Shown here piece after piece: positions 45,981-59,470 of a stretch of DNA of 64,000 nucleotides. This DNA is from Mytilus edulis (taxonomy: Eukaryota). The notes beneath the pieces are model-generated. The model was not told the origin of the DNA, ran no database searches, and worked only from the letters and a program-made list of their open reading frames with translations. Position numbers and translations under genes: made by a program. Position 1 is the first letter of the stretch. Each line of letters begins with the position of its first letter. Where the stretch lies: assembly GCF_963676685.1 (NCBI RefSeq), contig NC_092347.1, positions 12,028,001-12,092,000 on the forward strand. The letters run 5' to 3'.

Positions 45981-46930
45981 GAGGGTATCACCAGCCCGGT
46001 AGCCAGTACTCCGGTACTGGCATGAAAATACGGATTTTTTTGTGTTATTAAATTTGCTTTTATATAATATTACAAATTATTATAAATTAAGGAATGTATC
46101 GTCCTCATGCAAAGCTCTGATTCCTTTCACGGATTTGGTTATACTTTTTGGAACTTTTGGATTATAGCTCTTTATCTTTTAAATAAGCTTTGGATTTTAC
46201 ATATTTTGGCCACGAGCATCACTGAAGAGACATGTATTGTCGAAATGCGCATCTGGTGCAGAAGAATTGGTACCTTTAATGTTATTACTACCACTGGGTC
46301 GATGCCTCTGCTGGTGGACTGTTAGTCCCCGAGGGTATCACCAGCCCAGTAGCCAGTACTCCGGTACTTGCATGAAAATACGGATTTTTTTGTGTTATTA
46401 AATTTGCCGTTATATAATATTATAGGGTTATTGCATGAATATTGGGGAATATTGTCCCGAGTAGAATTTTATATTGCACGAGCTTGCGAGTGCAATATAT
46501 GTTCTACGAGGGACAATATTCCCCAATATTCATGCAATAACCCTTTTATTGTATAGCAATATAATATTTTAAAGTTAAACTTGGTTTAAACTAAGATTTA
46601 AACGTTGGTGACGTCATGAATTTTGAAGATTTATTGCACTAGTGCAATATTAGATTTATTGCACGCTAACTTTTGGTTACGTTCTGTGGGAAATATTATA
46701 TTGCTATACAATAATACAAATTATTATAAATTAAGGAATGTATCTCCCTCATGCAAAGCTCTGATTCCTTTCACGGATTTGGCTATACTTTTTGGAACTT
46801 TTGGATTATAGCTCTTTATCTTTTAAATAAGCTTTGGATTTTACATATTTTGGCCACGAGCATCACTGAAGAGACATGTATTGTCGAAATGCGCATCTGG
46901 TGCAGAAAAATTGGTACCGTTAATGTTATT
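45981..46930 (+). mobile_element. Tandem ~350-bp hammerhead retrozyme repeat (family 2), second unit interrupted
   Basis: Identical hammerheads at 46216-46259 and 46860-46903. Spacing of 644 equals a 350-bp unit plus a ~294-bp insert. Confidence 0.85.
46421..46714. mobile_element. Double-hairpin non-autonomous insertion
   Basis: Absent from the adjacent retrozyme unit. ~120-bp palindrome at 46424-46543 plus a second inverted pair at 46546-46569/46691-46714. Confidence 0.75.
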
Positions 46931-47014
46931 AAATGTTGAAACATGACACCAAAAAAATACAGCATCTTCTACACATATTATCCCAAGATTACTTTATTTT
47001 GGCCTTTGAAACGT

Positions 47015-47365
47015 TTTTGGATTTGAGCGTAACTGATGAGTCTTTTGTAAACGAAATGCGCATCTGGCTTAAAAACCAAATTTTGTGTTGACATGAGTTA
47101 AGATTGATATGATCAAATTAACGGTTTGCAATTTTTTTTTAATTTTTGTAATACTATGGCTTTTTCTACCCAAGGAATAGATTGCCTTAGCTGTATTTAG
47201 CAAAACTTTCAAAAATTTGGTCCTCAATGCTCTTCAACTTCATACTAAATTTGGCCTTTTTTAAAAGTTATTTGGTTTCGAGCTACACTGATGTTTCTTT
47301 ATTAGACGAAACGAGAGTCTGGCGCAAATATAAAATTTCAATCTTGGTATCTATGATGAGTTTAT
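47015..47365 (+). repeat. Degenerate retrozyme family-1 copies (others ~6160-6330, ~21920-22100, ~52110-52165, ~56500-56990)
   Basis: CTGATGAGTCTTTTGTAAACGAAATGCGCATC and a decayed second core. Confidence 0.7.
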
Positions 47366-48135
47366 TAATCTCCTTATTTCTAAATATAGTACATGTAAAC
47401 AGAAAAAACAGTTCACCTACAAAGAGGACATGAACGAGGAAAGAAAGACGAAAAACAATGTAAAATGTGATCACTGCTACAGTTTAGTGGTCATCTATCT
47501 ATATCTATACATATATTTCGTTACATAAGGTTTTGTAAATTCTGCTAACTAGTATCTCTGGTATAAATCATCACTTCTTCGAGACCTTTGGGAACATGAT
47601 ACCGACGCTGTGTATATTGAATTATTGCAAACATAGAGAAACAAAACAACTAAAACATATACCAAGACTGTAACCATATTTACTATTCAATCATCAGGTT
47701 ATCTTTAATATGACCTACAGTGAAGATACGACTCTCTGTTACTGTTCTAAATCACAATTCGAGAGCTGCTCTGATAACGTCTTTAAGCTTGGGGCGGTTT
47801 TACCTTAGATCAAATTTAAACATTTCTACTCAAGAACTGATTTTTCCATTTCAACCTTTATAGCATCTTGCACAGTTTCGGAAAGTTTTACCTTAGGAAT
47901 TCTTCTGACAGTTATGCTCGTAAAAAGTTCTATAAACAATTAAAGATTAATTAGACTGTTCAAATGGGAAGTTATAACTGAGCTCAATGGAAAATTACAA
48001 AATGACCTTAAGGAGAATAGCAAACCCAACCTTAGGTCAACTTATCAGTCGGAATCATAGTTCTTATATGAACACATCAAATTTATCAAAAGAAAATTTA
48101 AGAAATATATGTTATAGATCTTGTTAGTGAAGAAA

Positions 48136-50516
48136 TATGGAACGCCGGAACTGTCTTATAGTGTAAATATTTAATGTGTTCTGTCGCTTTGTCTTTACGT
48201 CCTGTCGTTTCTTCTTTATGGTATGTGCTAATGTCTGTATTTCATGACACGGCATCTCTGGGTTATGTCAAACTAGTTATTTGTTTGGTCAAACAGTAAT
48301 ATGATTTGTCATTGCTATAGTTTGTTGTGAACAATAGGCGTTACATCATGCTTTAACTACTATATATTCTGTGAATACTTCGGAACTTTATGATCAACCA
48401 CCTTTACATTCTCTCATATTTTATCTATGTTGTGTCTAATCTTCTTTTACGTAAGTCAGTTAATAATTGCGTCCTGTCTCAAATGTGATTGTTATACCGA
48501 ATGTTCTTAAGGTTTTGTTTTGATACACATTTGCACTATGTAAACCTCATGATATTATAGTCTTTTGGCGTTATGTTGTGTTTATACATATGTTTCTCCA
48601 GTGAAAAACACAATACATCATGGTATAGTTCCTATGCGTTTTGTCGAACAATTGATACTCTCTGTGAGCATTCATTACATCATGTGCAAATGCCTTTTAC
48701 ATTATGTGCACAACATTTATTTGTTTTGTGCAAACCTCGTTTACTTTATGTGCAAACATCGTTCCCCCTATGTGCAGACATCGTTTACCCTATGTGCAAA
48801 CATCGTTTACCCTATGTGCAAACATAGTTTACCCTATTGCGTTATGTGCAAATACCTATTAAGTTATGTATAATAACTACATCAGTATGTCAAGTTGCGG
48901 GATTTAATTTCTAGTATGGCCAGTGAAGGTGAAACAAGGCTGATAACCCTCAGAAAAAAATATGTGTATGCGTCATTTTTGTGGATTACAGGATAAGGCA
49001 GTTTTTAATATGAAAAAAAATAGGTTTTTTTTGGAGAAATTGCAGCTTTTTGTTACACCCTTCTACCTGTCTGATTTAAAATCTGATCAGATTTTTCCAA
49101 CATCCCTGTTAGTTTTAAAAACAATTGTCAGATAAGAGGAGCGGGTCACCTGACCACCCCTTTTCAGGACACCCACCCGTCTCAACGCTCCTTTTCAGGG
49201 ACGGAGGAAATAATAAGTCTTAGGAAGGTTATTCATAATAATATTCACAACTGTTAAGGAAATGAACGAAAATAAAATCTTAAACATTTTGTAGAATTCC
49301 TTAGCTGCTACATGAATCGTGGGAGACGTCATTACATTTGTAGCATTAATCTAGTACACGTTTCTCGCTAGATGAAAACCCTACTGGGAGGATAATAAAA
49401 AATCATCCTGGTCTCTTGTGAAGAGTTGTCACATTGGCATTCGTACCACATCTTCCTTTTTATATCGTATTGTTCTTTTCGGTTGCACATCTTGAAAACT
49501 AGTGTCGTGTCTGTTTATTTTTTACAATTTTCAACAAGTAAAGTGAACAAATGTTCAAAGCATGGATGCATAACGCACACTCTTAAAGAAGAGCAAAATA
49601 ATTTCCCATAAAACTAGATACATTGTATGTATATAGCATTTTTACACCAATCAATATAATTAATATAAAAATCCACAGTTTGATAGAAAGGTCAAACTTT
49701 TTATTTTCTTCATTTTCAAAATGCATATCATTGATGCGTTTTGTTTTCATCTGTGTCAAAAAAGCGTTTATCAGAACGTAATAGTGTTTGCACATAATGA
49801 TGTAGTTGTATACATAACTTAATAGGTATTTGCACATAACGTAATAGGTGTTTGCACATGAGGTAAACGATGTTTGCACACAGGGTGAACGATGTTTGCA
49901 CATAAGGTAAACGAGGTTTGCACAAAACGTATTAGTTGTTTGCACATAATGTAAAAGGCATTTGCACTTGACGTAATGAATGCTCACAGAGATTATCAAT
50001 TGTTCGGCAAAACGCTTATGAATTATACCATGATGTATTGTGTTTTTCACTAGACATACCTATGTATAAACACAACATAACGCCAAAAAAACTATAATAT
50101 CATGAGATTTACATAGAACAAAGGTGTATCAAAACAAAACCTTTAGAACATTTGACATAACAATAACACTTGAGACAAGACGCAATTATTAACTGACTTA
50201 CGTAAAAGAGGAATAGACACAACATAGATAAAATATGAGAGAATGTAAAGGTAGTTGATCGTAAAGTTTCGAAGTATTCACAGAATATATAGTAGTTACA
50301 GCATAATGTAATGCATATTTTACACAACAAAGTTTAGCAATGACATATCATACAATTGTTTGACCAAACAAATTACTAATTTTACATAATACAGAGATGC
50401 CGTGGCAGGAAATAAAGGCATCTGCACATAACATAAAGAAGAAATGACAGGACGTAACGGCAAATCGACAAAACACATTAAATATTTACACTATAAGACA
50501 GTCCCGGCGTTCCATA
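48136..50516. mobile_element. Foldback-type non-autonomous DNA transposon with ~750-bp arms, IS3EU-like termini
   Basis: TATGGAACGCCGG..CCGGCGTTCCATA ends. 6-bp TSD AAGAAA at 48130-48135 and 50517-50522. Arms ~48136-48886 and ~49795-50516 contain 22-bp subrepeats. Confidence 0.8.
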
Positions 50517-51094
50517 AAGAAATACTGAATGCTGAGATAATGGTACACCTAACTCATCGTCAATCAACTTTTTTAGGTTTAATCCAACATTTTCTACATG
50601 AGAAAATACCTGTACCAATTCAGGAAAATGACAGTTGCTCTCCATTCGTTTGATGTGATTGAGTTTTTGATTTTGCCGTTTGATTAGAGACCCTCCTTTT
50701 TAAATTTTCCTCGGAGTTCAGTATTTTTGTGATATTACTTTTTACACGAAACAGTTGAAAGTCAACCAATTTATCAAGTAAATTAATTGGCTTTCAAAAT
50801 TGTATAAAGCTCATTTCTGAAAACTGGAACTTAGAGATTTCCACCTTTTAAATGTGTAGAGATCCAGTCGATACACTGTTTTCAAACCTTTTTATCTGAT
50901 TTTAAACTATCGTCATTACATTACGAAATATTTCAGTGATATTTAAGTCCTAAATGTATTGCTGACATTAGAAAACAAATATTATTTTATAAAATATTTA
51001 TCGTTTTTATCCAGGTTTGTCAAATATCACATAACTGTTGGATATGTCACATCGTGTCTCTCAGTCCAACAGTTGAACGAATTTCATTTAAGTC

Positions 51095-54000
51095 ATGGCA
51101 AACATGTTCTTAGTCTTTCTCTTTGTCAGTTTGTTTTGTGTATCTAAATTTGGAACCACATGTGCTGTGTATATAGAGCAGAACACTACATACAAAAATA
51201 ACTGGACACCAACATACAGGAATGACTTTGTTGTATCTTCAGAGCAGACCACGGCACACATAGATGATGATAATGTATCTTCAGAGCAGACCACAGACCA
51301 TATATATAACTATGGTATATCATTAGCAACAACTGTAGAAATTTATTCTTTGGAAAAAATTAGTAAGTATTAATGCCAACTTATTGAGCATTTTTTGTTT
51401 TATATATTCACTTAATCTTTTTTACACTGTTTTCTGATGCTTTTGAATAAAGTAAAGTGACTTTTACTATTTTATTGTATTTTAAAAGCTAATGTTGAAA
51501 ACACTCTAAGCATATGTCATTGTAATAGTTCAAGAGATTAAACTTCTAAACAAATTTAGCAAGTTTAAAAAGCAGCAGCATTATATTAAGTTCGTTTGCG
51601 TCCCGCATAAGACAACCAAGTGTTTTTAAACGATGGTTTCTGATTTCAATGTTGCCTAAAGCAAAGTCATGTCAGACTTCGAAAAAACCCTGTAGTTTTA
51701 CCCAAATTAGCAACTTTAAATTCTCCTTCCTTTATTACGGAAAATCATTATCCTCCCTTATATTGACAATTAGTGATGTGGTTTCTTAAAAGATACTGAT
51801 GATAAAATTGAGAATGGAAATGGGGAATGTATCAAAGAGACAACAACCCGACCATAGAAAAAAACAACAGCAGAAGGTCACCAACAGGTCTTCAATGTAA
51901 CGAGAAATTCCCGCACCCGGAGGCGTCCTTCAGCTGGCCCCTAAACAAATATATACTTGTTCAGTGATAATGAACGCCATACTAATTTCCAAATTGTACA
52001 CAAGAAACTAAAATTAAAATAATACAAAACTAACAAAGACCTGAGGCTCCTGACTTGGGACAGGAGCAAAAATGCGGCGGGGTTAAACATGTTTATGAGA
52101 TCTCAACCCTCAGTCTTTTTTAGACGAAACGCACGTCTGGCGTAAATATAAAATTTCAATCCTGGTAACTATGGTAACTATGATAAGTTTAATCATTGTC
52201 ACTGTGTCAGTGTTTATGGACTCCCCCTTTAGGAATTTACCTTGGCGTTTGGTTTTTTTTTGTTTTTTTTTTATTCTACCTGTTTTAGATTTTGACCTTT
52301 GCTGTTTATTCATATTTACACACGATAAAGCCTTGGGAGTCTTGCATTATGTTAATAGACATATGACCTTGAAATGTTCAATCAGAAGTGACCGTTTGTA
52401 AACAGGAAATAGCCAATTATAGAAGGGAGTTTCTAAATATTCAATCTGCATTTTTGTATGTTGAACGGGGTCCGGTCGTCGGGTTTCTAATCATGAAACA
52501 TCTATTCCTCAGTATATCCGATTATGAATGCTTGATTATTCGGGGAGGGGGAATTTCATTTCATAAAACCGTAACATATAAAATACATCTATGATTACCT
52601 TCATTAAACTGATACAGGTTAGTACTTTTGGTTATAATATTGCCTTTATCTTTAGTCTCTTCAACCAAATCCAACGCTTGACTCAAAATGTCGTCTGTCG
52701 TATACCCATCCATATTGACAACTGCAAACAAAAAGCATGATGTATTTATTCGTAATAAGAATGAACGAAATTGTCAACATTGACCTGTTTATCAATATTA
52801 GCACATGGATTTAAAGTGAATACGCAAGACATCAACTTTGGCATCTGTAAAATCTTGTCATAGTTTGAACGACGATTTTAGCCAAAGTAAGGTTACTAGT
52901 GGGGTTTCATGTAACAAAAAAAGAAATTATTGTCATTAAATATTCTATTCGCTCTTTTTCATTTTATAATGAATTTTAACAAATATATGGTATATCATCG
53001 GGTGTAAGCTTGTTATACACTACGGGATATAACTATAATGCAAAGCTCCGATTCCTTGCCTGGCCTTGGCTATACTCCTTGGTCCTTTTTTTGTTTATAG
53101 CTCTTCATATTTTGCTTTGGATTTTCAAATATGTTGTCCTCCATAGAGCATCACCGACGAGACATTGATTGTCGAAATGCGCATCTGGTGCAGAAAATTT
53201 GGAACCGTTTATGTTATTATAACATATATTTCTAACTTTAAATGTCGTTCATAAAAAGCAATAGAAATTAAGGTTCTTACTCCACAGGTAAAGTTGGCTG
53301 AAGGTTAGTTGGGCTATTAGTTTTAGGTCTATTTTTGTCATATACATATAGTTCTTATGTTTTTTCTAGGAATTTTAACATCCCTGGCTTTCCAATGTTT
53401 AGACTTGAGTGTTTCTTATAAAAAGCAAGTCGTTAAAACATTTTTTGGACTTGAGCAAACAATATGTGAGCATAAACATATGATACTTGCGATTGCAGAT
53501 TATTTACATATGTGGCAGTCGGACTTGTTATTGAGGTTATTGAAATTGAGTGATCAATACACAACAGTTAATCTTTGGATAGTAATCTCCAATAATGCTA
53601 ATGATCACAAATGATAAGATAAATATCGAAAAATGAATTAATAAACAAATAAGAATAATCATATGGTGGTGTAAGATAGTCTAAACTAAATGTAATTCAA
53701 CATTATATAACCTGTCGTCTACGAGAGCTGTATCATGACCTTTATCTCGGGCCTGGGATTTTGTTCTTCTTTCGATAAATATGATTGTGAGTTGTTCGTG
53801 TGCAACAAATTATTGACTGTTTGTGTTTTGTGTTTTTTCTGGAAGTGGTAAAAATACAGTTACAACTGTGTTGTTTTCATTTTTTAATATGGTGTTTTCC
53901 CTTTATCCCGACTTATGAGTTTTGAATGGCTCCGTGGTATCTTCCACATGTTATATTTTTACAACACTCAACTATTTGTTCATGTTTCTGTATCGTTCAA

Positions 54001-56033
54001 ATCTAATAACTTTACTTTTTTGGTGTTAACAAATGCATTACGTGAACATTTACAAGTACATTTCTTCATGCGTTTTTGTTTTACTTATTGTTGAATGCCG
54101 TTTGGTGACATATAGTTGTTCCTTTCTGCTTTGTTTGGTCTCTTGTGAAGAGTTGTCACATTGGCAATCATACCACATCTTCTTTTTATAAATGCCGAGA
54201 GAGAGAGAACCAGAATTAGTAACAGTCGCTTGATAGATATTTGTTTATTTTATTTACCGTTCAATCAAGTGTTTTGTTGCCTTGTATTTGTTTTACATAT
54301 TTTGAATGTAATTTAAAACGTTGTTTTTTTTTTATAAATTTTTAGAATATGGGAACCAGATCAAATGCGAAATTATGGATTTTACAGAAATTGTATTGCC
54401 GTCTGCTTTGGGAAGGGCATATTTTGTCCACAAATCAGGTCAGTCGCTTCTATTATGGTTTGATGACTTCAACTTTATTTCAGTGACCATTAGCAAGAAC
54501 TGTGTTCGCCTCGCACTACATATGTTTCTCAATGGTTTTATAGATACAGCATATTTACAAGACTTTTTTACATACTGTCCGAATGGAACGTTTGTTCAAA
54601 ACATATTTTGTGACTCTTCCCTTGCCTACAATATTACTTACATCAAAGACGTTTTCCCACACTTTTCCAATGTACGGATATATTTTACCGATACATTTGG
54701 CCACTGTTCAGAACAATTCAATGTATTTTTGAAATCAGAAAACTATTTATTAACAAATGCAGACATCTACCATTTCCTTACAAATGAGACAATCTGCTGG
54801 AAATATGTTTATTTCACTAATCTATTAAATATTCAATTTTCGTTGAAAGAAATACGCGATAAGAACAACTTTAAAGCAGGTCTTTTATCAAAGCACACAT
54901 CATATGCAGCGGTGTATATCATACTGAAACACCAAGTATGCAAAGAACAATTTCTTCAATACATCTATTGGAATGGTTTGCCTGTGAAAGAAAACGACAC
55001 GTACCTCTTGAGTATTGATAATATCATCGCGTTTAATGGGAAAAACAATTGTATTCATGTTCTATGTCCACCTACATACCGCCAGGTTCGTTTACAATTA
55101 TCATCTTCAATAGTAGCTTATTTAGAATCCGCAATAGCAGTAGAAGTGACAATTGTAAACGGTTTCATGTTATATGTATTTCTGCAAAAGGAGAATCGAA
55201 CACCATCCATTTTACTCCTTTCGACTCTTGCTATATCTGATACGATTACTGCAATCCTGATGACAATTCCAAAATGTATCGCCTATCAGATATATGGTAA
55301 CGATATTGATTACAGAGAAATAATGCCTCACTGGTACATTTTTGACTTTCCACAATGTTTCATTTATAGCTTACTTTATGACTTGAAGTATACCTTCCAC
55401 TTTGTATCAGTTCTTTTAACAACACTTTTATGTCTACAGAAAACTGCGGTTCTTCTCTTTCCAATGTGGAGCAAACGGCATTTGAATAATTCTGTGAGCA
55501 TAATTTGTTCAGTTTGTATAGTTATCTTTTGTTTTTGTATTTATTCCCCTGTTCTGTATTTTACTATGCTAATGGAAGAGATTCAAGGCAGTTGCTGTGT
55601 TAAACGGTCTGAAATTTACATTTACCTTTATACAATAGTTAACGGGTGTTCCATTCTAGCATGTTTGATTGTAGTCGTCTTTACAGTTTACATTATATGC
55701 AAGTTAACAATTTTAAGAAGAAATCTTCCATGGACTGATAGCTTGGCCGTTCAGAAAAGAAACCGTACATCAGCATTAACAGTAGTACTCATTTGTATTA
55801 TATTTGTTTTATCAGAGTCAGTGTTTAATGTTACAGTTTTACTTTTTATACTGGGCCATTTTAACATAGTCAGTGAATGGTCATTATTTTACAAATTCAT
55901 GCAATATACAGACCTCAGTCTCATTACCGGATTTTCTTTGAACTTTATAATTTATATTGTAATGAGCAGACAACTTCGAAATAAATGGTGGACTACCGTT
56001 ACAAATATTGTAAGATGTTGCAAATGCTGGTAA
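51095..56033 (+). CDS. Rhodopsin-family peptide-receptor-like GPCR with large N-terminal ectodomain, ~651 aa; exons 51095-51362 and 54346-56033
   Basis: Exon 1 has a signal peptide and S/T-rich repeats. Phase-1 GTAAGT..TTTTAG join is in frame. Seven hydrophobic helices with TM1 N, LAISD, LQKT at the DRY position and TM7 NFIIY. Extra internal exons cannot be excluded. Confidence 0.85.
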
Positions 56034-56078
56034 CATAGATATATTTAAGATTGTGCGTCAATTTCTTCCTGTAATTCT

Positions 56079-56218
56079 NNNNNNNNNNNNNNNNNNNNNN
56101 NNNNNNNNNNNNNNNNNNNNNNNNNNNNNNNNNNNNNNNNNNNNNNNNNNNNNNNNNNNNNNNNNNNNNNNNNNNNNNNNNNNNNNNNNNNNNNNNNNNN
56201 NNNNNNNNNNNNNNNNNN
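56079..56218. other. Assembly gap (140 N)
   Basis: Run of N. Confidence 1.
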
Positions 56219-58353
56219 TTTATGTTTACAACTTACATTAGATATCAATTTGTATTATTGTTTCTGTCATTTCATTATATATGACATATTAATGCTCGAT
56301 AGACGTTAAAAAATTCTTTGGTTTTTAAAAAGTTGAAATTGAAAGTTTTTATTAGAGCATTTGCATTATTCACGTATTTGATTGTGTATCGACGTATACA
56401 ATATCACGTATATGAGGAAAAGGTAAATTAAGCCAGGTTGGTCGCAAGGTCTACACAAGGCTAATTAAGCCAGGTTGGTCGCAAGGTCTACACAAGGCTT
56501 CTTATTGACGCTCAGATCAAAATATCGAGAAAGCCAAACAAGTACAAAGTTGTCAAATTGAATGCATAGCACTGAGGACCCAAAACTCCAAGAAGTTGTA
56601 AAAATGTTGAACCCGATACGACTAAGTAAAGGTAATATATGCCTGGGATAAGAAAATCCTTATTTTTTAAAAATAATTCATACTTTTGCAAACAGTAAAT
56701 TTATGAAAATGACCATATCATTGATACTCATGTCAACACCGAAGTGCTGACTACTATGCTGAAACCTTAAGCTTTCAGCAGTGGCATCGACACAGTGGTG
56801 TAATTAGTTATCAAAGGTACCAGGATTGTAATCCAATACGACAGACGCACATTTCGTCTACAGAAAGTCATCAGTGACGCTCAGATAAAAAATAGTTAGA
56901 AAGCCAAAACAAGTACAAAGTTGAAGAGCATCGTGGACCATGGGATAAGAAAATCCTTTCTTTTTCGATTAATTCATACTTTTGCAAACAGTTAAATACA
57001 TATTACGACCACAAGCCCACCAAAGTAGGAGTAGGACTTGAACTCGATAATGAAGATGTACATTTTAATGAAATTTGAACATAATTCGCGAAAAATTAGT
57101 TTGTGTAAACATCACAATTTTTGAAAAACCAACTTTTTCAGCAAGGATGTCAAAGGAAAAATGTAACCAGGAAGATTTCAATATGCTTTTCCATGTGTTA
57201 CAAATCATCCGCCAACTTTCAATTTGAAAATGTCTGCCAAAATTCCATAAAAAATAAAAGTAATTTGATTTTTACTAATTGACGAATTGCGCTTCTGGTG
57301 CAGAGTTTTTCATGTTTACAGTTTTTCTTTGTCTAATTTCAAAACAAAACTACGTTAGTTTTTGTCAAAAAAGCAATAATTATGGATTTTGAAGTCTGCA
57401 AAATATTTTTTTCTTTACAGAAATAAAATTTGGTAGATCTTAACAAACTGATTATATCGCTGTTTTTGAATTATACACTTAAGTTCTATTCATAAACTAA
57501 ATGCCTCTTTGATGAGTGTGACTAAATTTGGTTTCAAGTAGTTTCAGATGAGATTATTTTTTTATCAAAAATGTACGGACGCATGCCAAGATTGACGATG
57601 ACCCTAGGAACCTTTCCTGGTAATTTTATTTTTTTGCTGTCAGAATTTATTCGTAAGGCGCTATTTAAAAAATGGCCACTAAAAACGCATGCATTCAAAG
57701 TGCAAGAAATTCAACCAAATTTAATATCTATTTTGAAAATTTAATATTGGTAAATGTTACATGTGACGACTACACAACCTTCTCATTCGCCAACGTTGTA
57801 TGAATTTATTCCAAATATGTAACTGACTAATTGTGGAGGAACTTGTCTTTATGAATATCATTTACTGTTGATTAAGCATCGTTAGTTCGTATGATTTTAA
57901 ACTCATTAAATACAGATTACAACATTGTGATTTTATTGAAAATATGTATTTTAATTGGCACTTTAAAGTTTCGTTTGTAACACATCATGTTTGTATCAAT
58001 ATTTATTATTTAGTATATATAGTTAAGATTTCAAATTACCATTGCATAACAGTTGTAGTTCTGTGCTTAATATGACCTCATTGTATTGTTCTCTGTGTTA
58101 TGTATGGTCGGAGTATATGTTTCTGTGTGTAAGAGAGAGTTGTTCCCCTTTTGCAAGTAATTTGTATTTTTGTTTGTGACGTCATCTTTGTCTAATTAAA
58201 ATATAGAAAATGGAAGCAGATGTGTTTTTATATGTCCGTATACCTTCATCATTGCTACCAGAGCTGTTTCCCAATTCTGTAACGCCTGCAAGTTTTTTGT
58301 CGTTATTGTCATTATATTTTATGTAATTTTGCGATAGCATTATGTTTGCTTCT

Positions 58354-58410
58354 GCAATGAAATATACATTCATTTGTGTCTGTGCCACACACTGGCGAAT
58401 AATTAATTTG
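58354..58410 (-). pseudogene. Kazal-domain remnant
   Basis: INYSPVCGTDTNECIFHC resembles Kazal YxPVCGxDGxTYxNxC with an internal deletion. It abuts a retroelement copy and has a stop soon after. Confidence 0.45.
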
Positions 58411-58414
58411 CAAA

Positions 58415-59470
58415 CGAGAGACGAAAGAAACATAATGGACATTCAAACTCATATGTCGAAATAAACTGACAATACTATGGCCAAAAAAGGAAACAGACAA
58501 ACAGACAAACAGACAAACAAAAGAACACAAAATACAACACGGAAAACTAAAGACTGAGCAATACGAACCCAACCAAAACCTAGGGGTGATGACAGATGTT
58601 CCGGAAGGGTAAGCAGAACCCGCGCCACGTGTGGCACCCGTCTTGTGGCTTTTGTTAGTACTAATCCGGTAGTAAGTCTTATTTGGTAGGTCACACTTTC
58701 GAAAAAATGTCAGTTGTCATCTGTGAAACGGATATTCCATAACGGTGAACCAAATCGTGATGTCGTTCATATAATTTAAGAAGGGGTGATTTCAACTCCA
58801 CCATTTGGAACACTTAGTAAAATGGCTTTCTTGTGAGCATCAAACCTCTTTCAAGGAAATCATATGAAATACCAGCCCTGAAATATCAACTTGAAGATGT
58901 ATACTAGAACTATGTATGCAGGCGCTGCTAGACTGTTGCTTCGTAGAACTGGAAATTTCACAATTGGGAAGCTGAAACAATCCCGTTTGTCGTTAATGTT
59001 TTCTTAAACCTACCCTGATTGTGAATCTCTAGAAGTAAGTCAAGATATGAGACAGACTTATTGTTGAAGGCCGTATTGTGACATTTAGTTGTTAATGTCA
59101 TTTTGGTCTCTTGTGGACAGTTGTCTCATTGGCAATCATACAACATCTGGTGTATCTTTTAATTCAAGTTCGATGGGATAGACGCATTTACCATAGTCAT
59201 CAAATTTTGGATTATTTGGTAAGGGGAAATTATCTACATAGCGGAAAGTAATTTTAAATGATACTGCTAACGTTTTATCCCTCTTCATAATAATTGCTTG
59301 TATGAAGCCAGCTTCATGTGAATAGAGGAACAAGACAGAAGAGAAGCACAGTTATTTCCAATTTGAATACCTATTGTTTGTTGAAAAACACGCTCTCCAA
59401 AGGGAACAAATATGTTGTCAATCAAAAATTCAAGCATCTTGATAATGTCATTTTCAGAAAATTTTCTTTC
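58415..59470 (-). mobile_element. Decayed 5'-truncated copy of the Penelope-like retroelement
   Basis: FRYVDN..YPIELELKDT matches the 61162 RT, with the same 3' tail (CGGGTGCCAC..CTTACCCTTCCGGA). Confidence 0.8.

Noticed and set aside
47520-47935. Exon-like minus-strand segment (LFTSITVRRIPKVKLSETVQDAIKVEMEK..)
   Set aside because: Multiple in-frame stops and no recognisable family; at most a decayed pseudo-exon.
48565-50050. Cys-rich ORFs (MCKH../CANIVY..) on both strands
   Set aside because: They derive from 22-bp subrepeats in the arms of the foldback element.
52388-52890. Possible internal exons of the GPCR
   Set aside because: Candidate acceptor/donor pairs give stops in the required phase, and exon 1 already joins the 7TM exon in frame.
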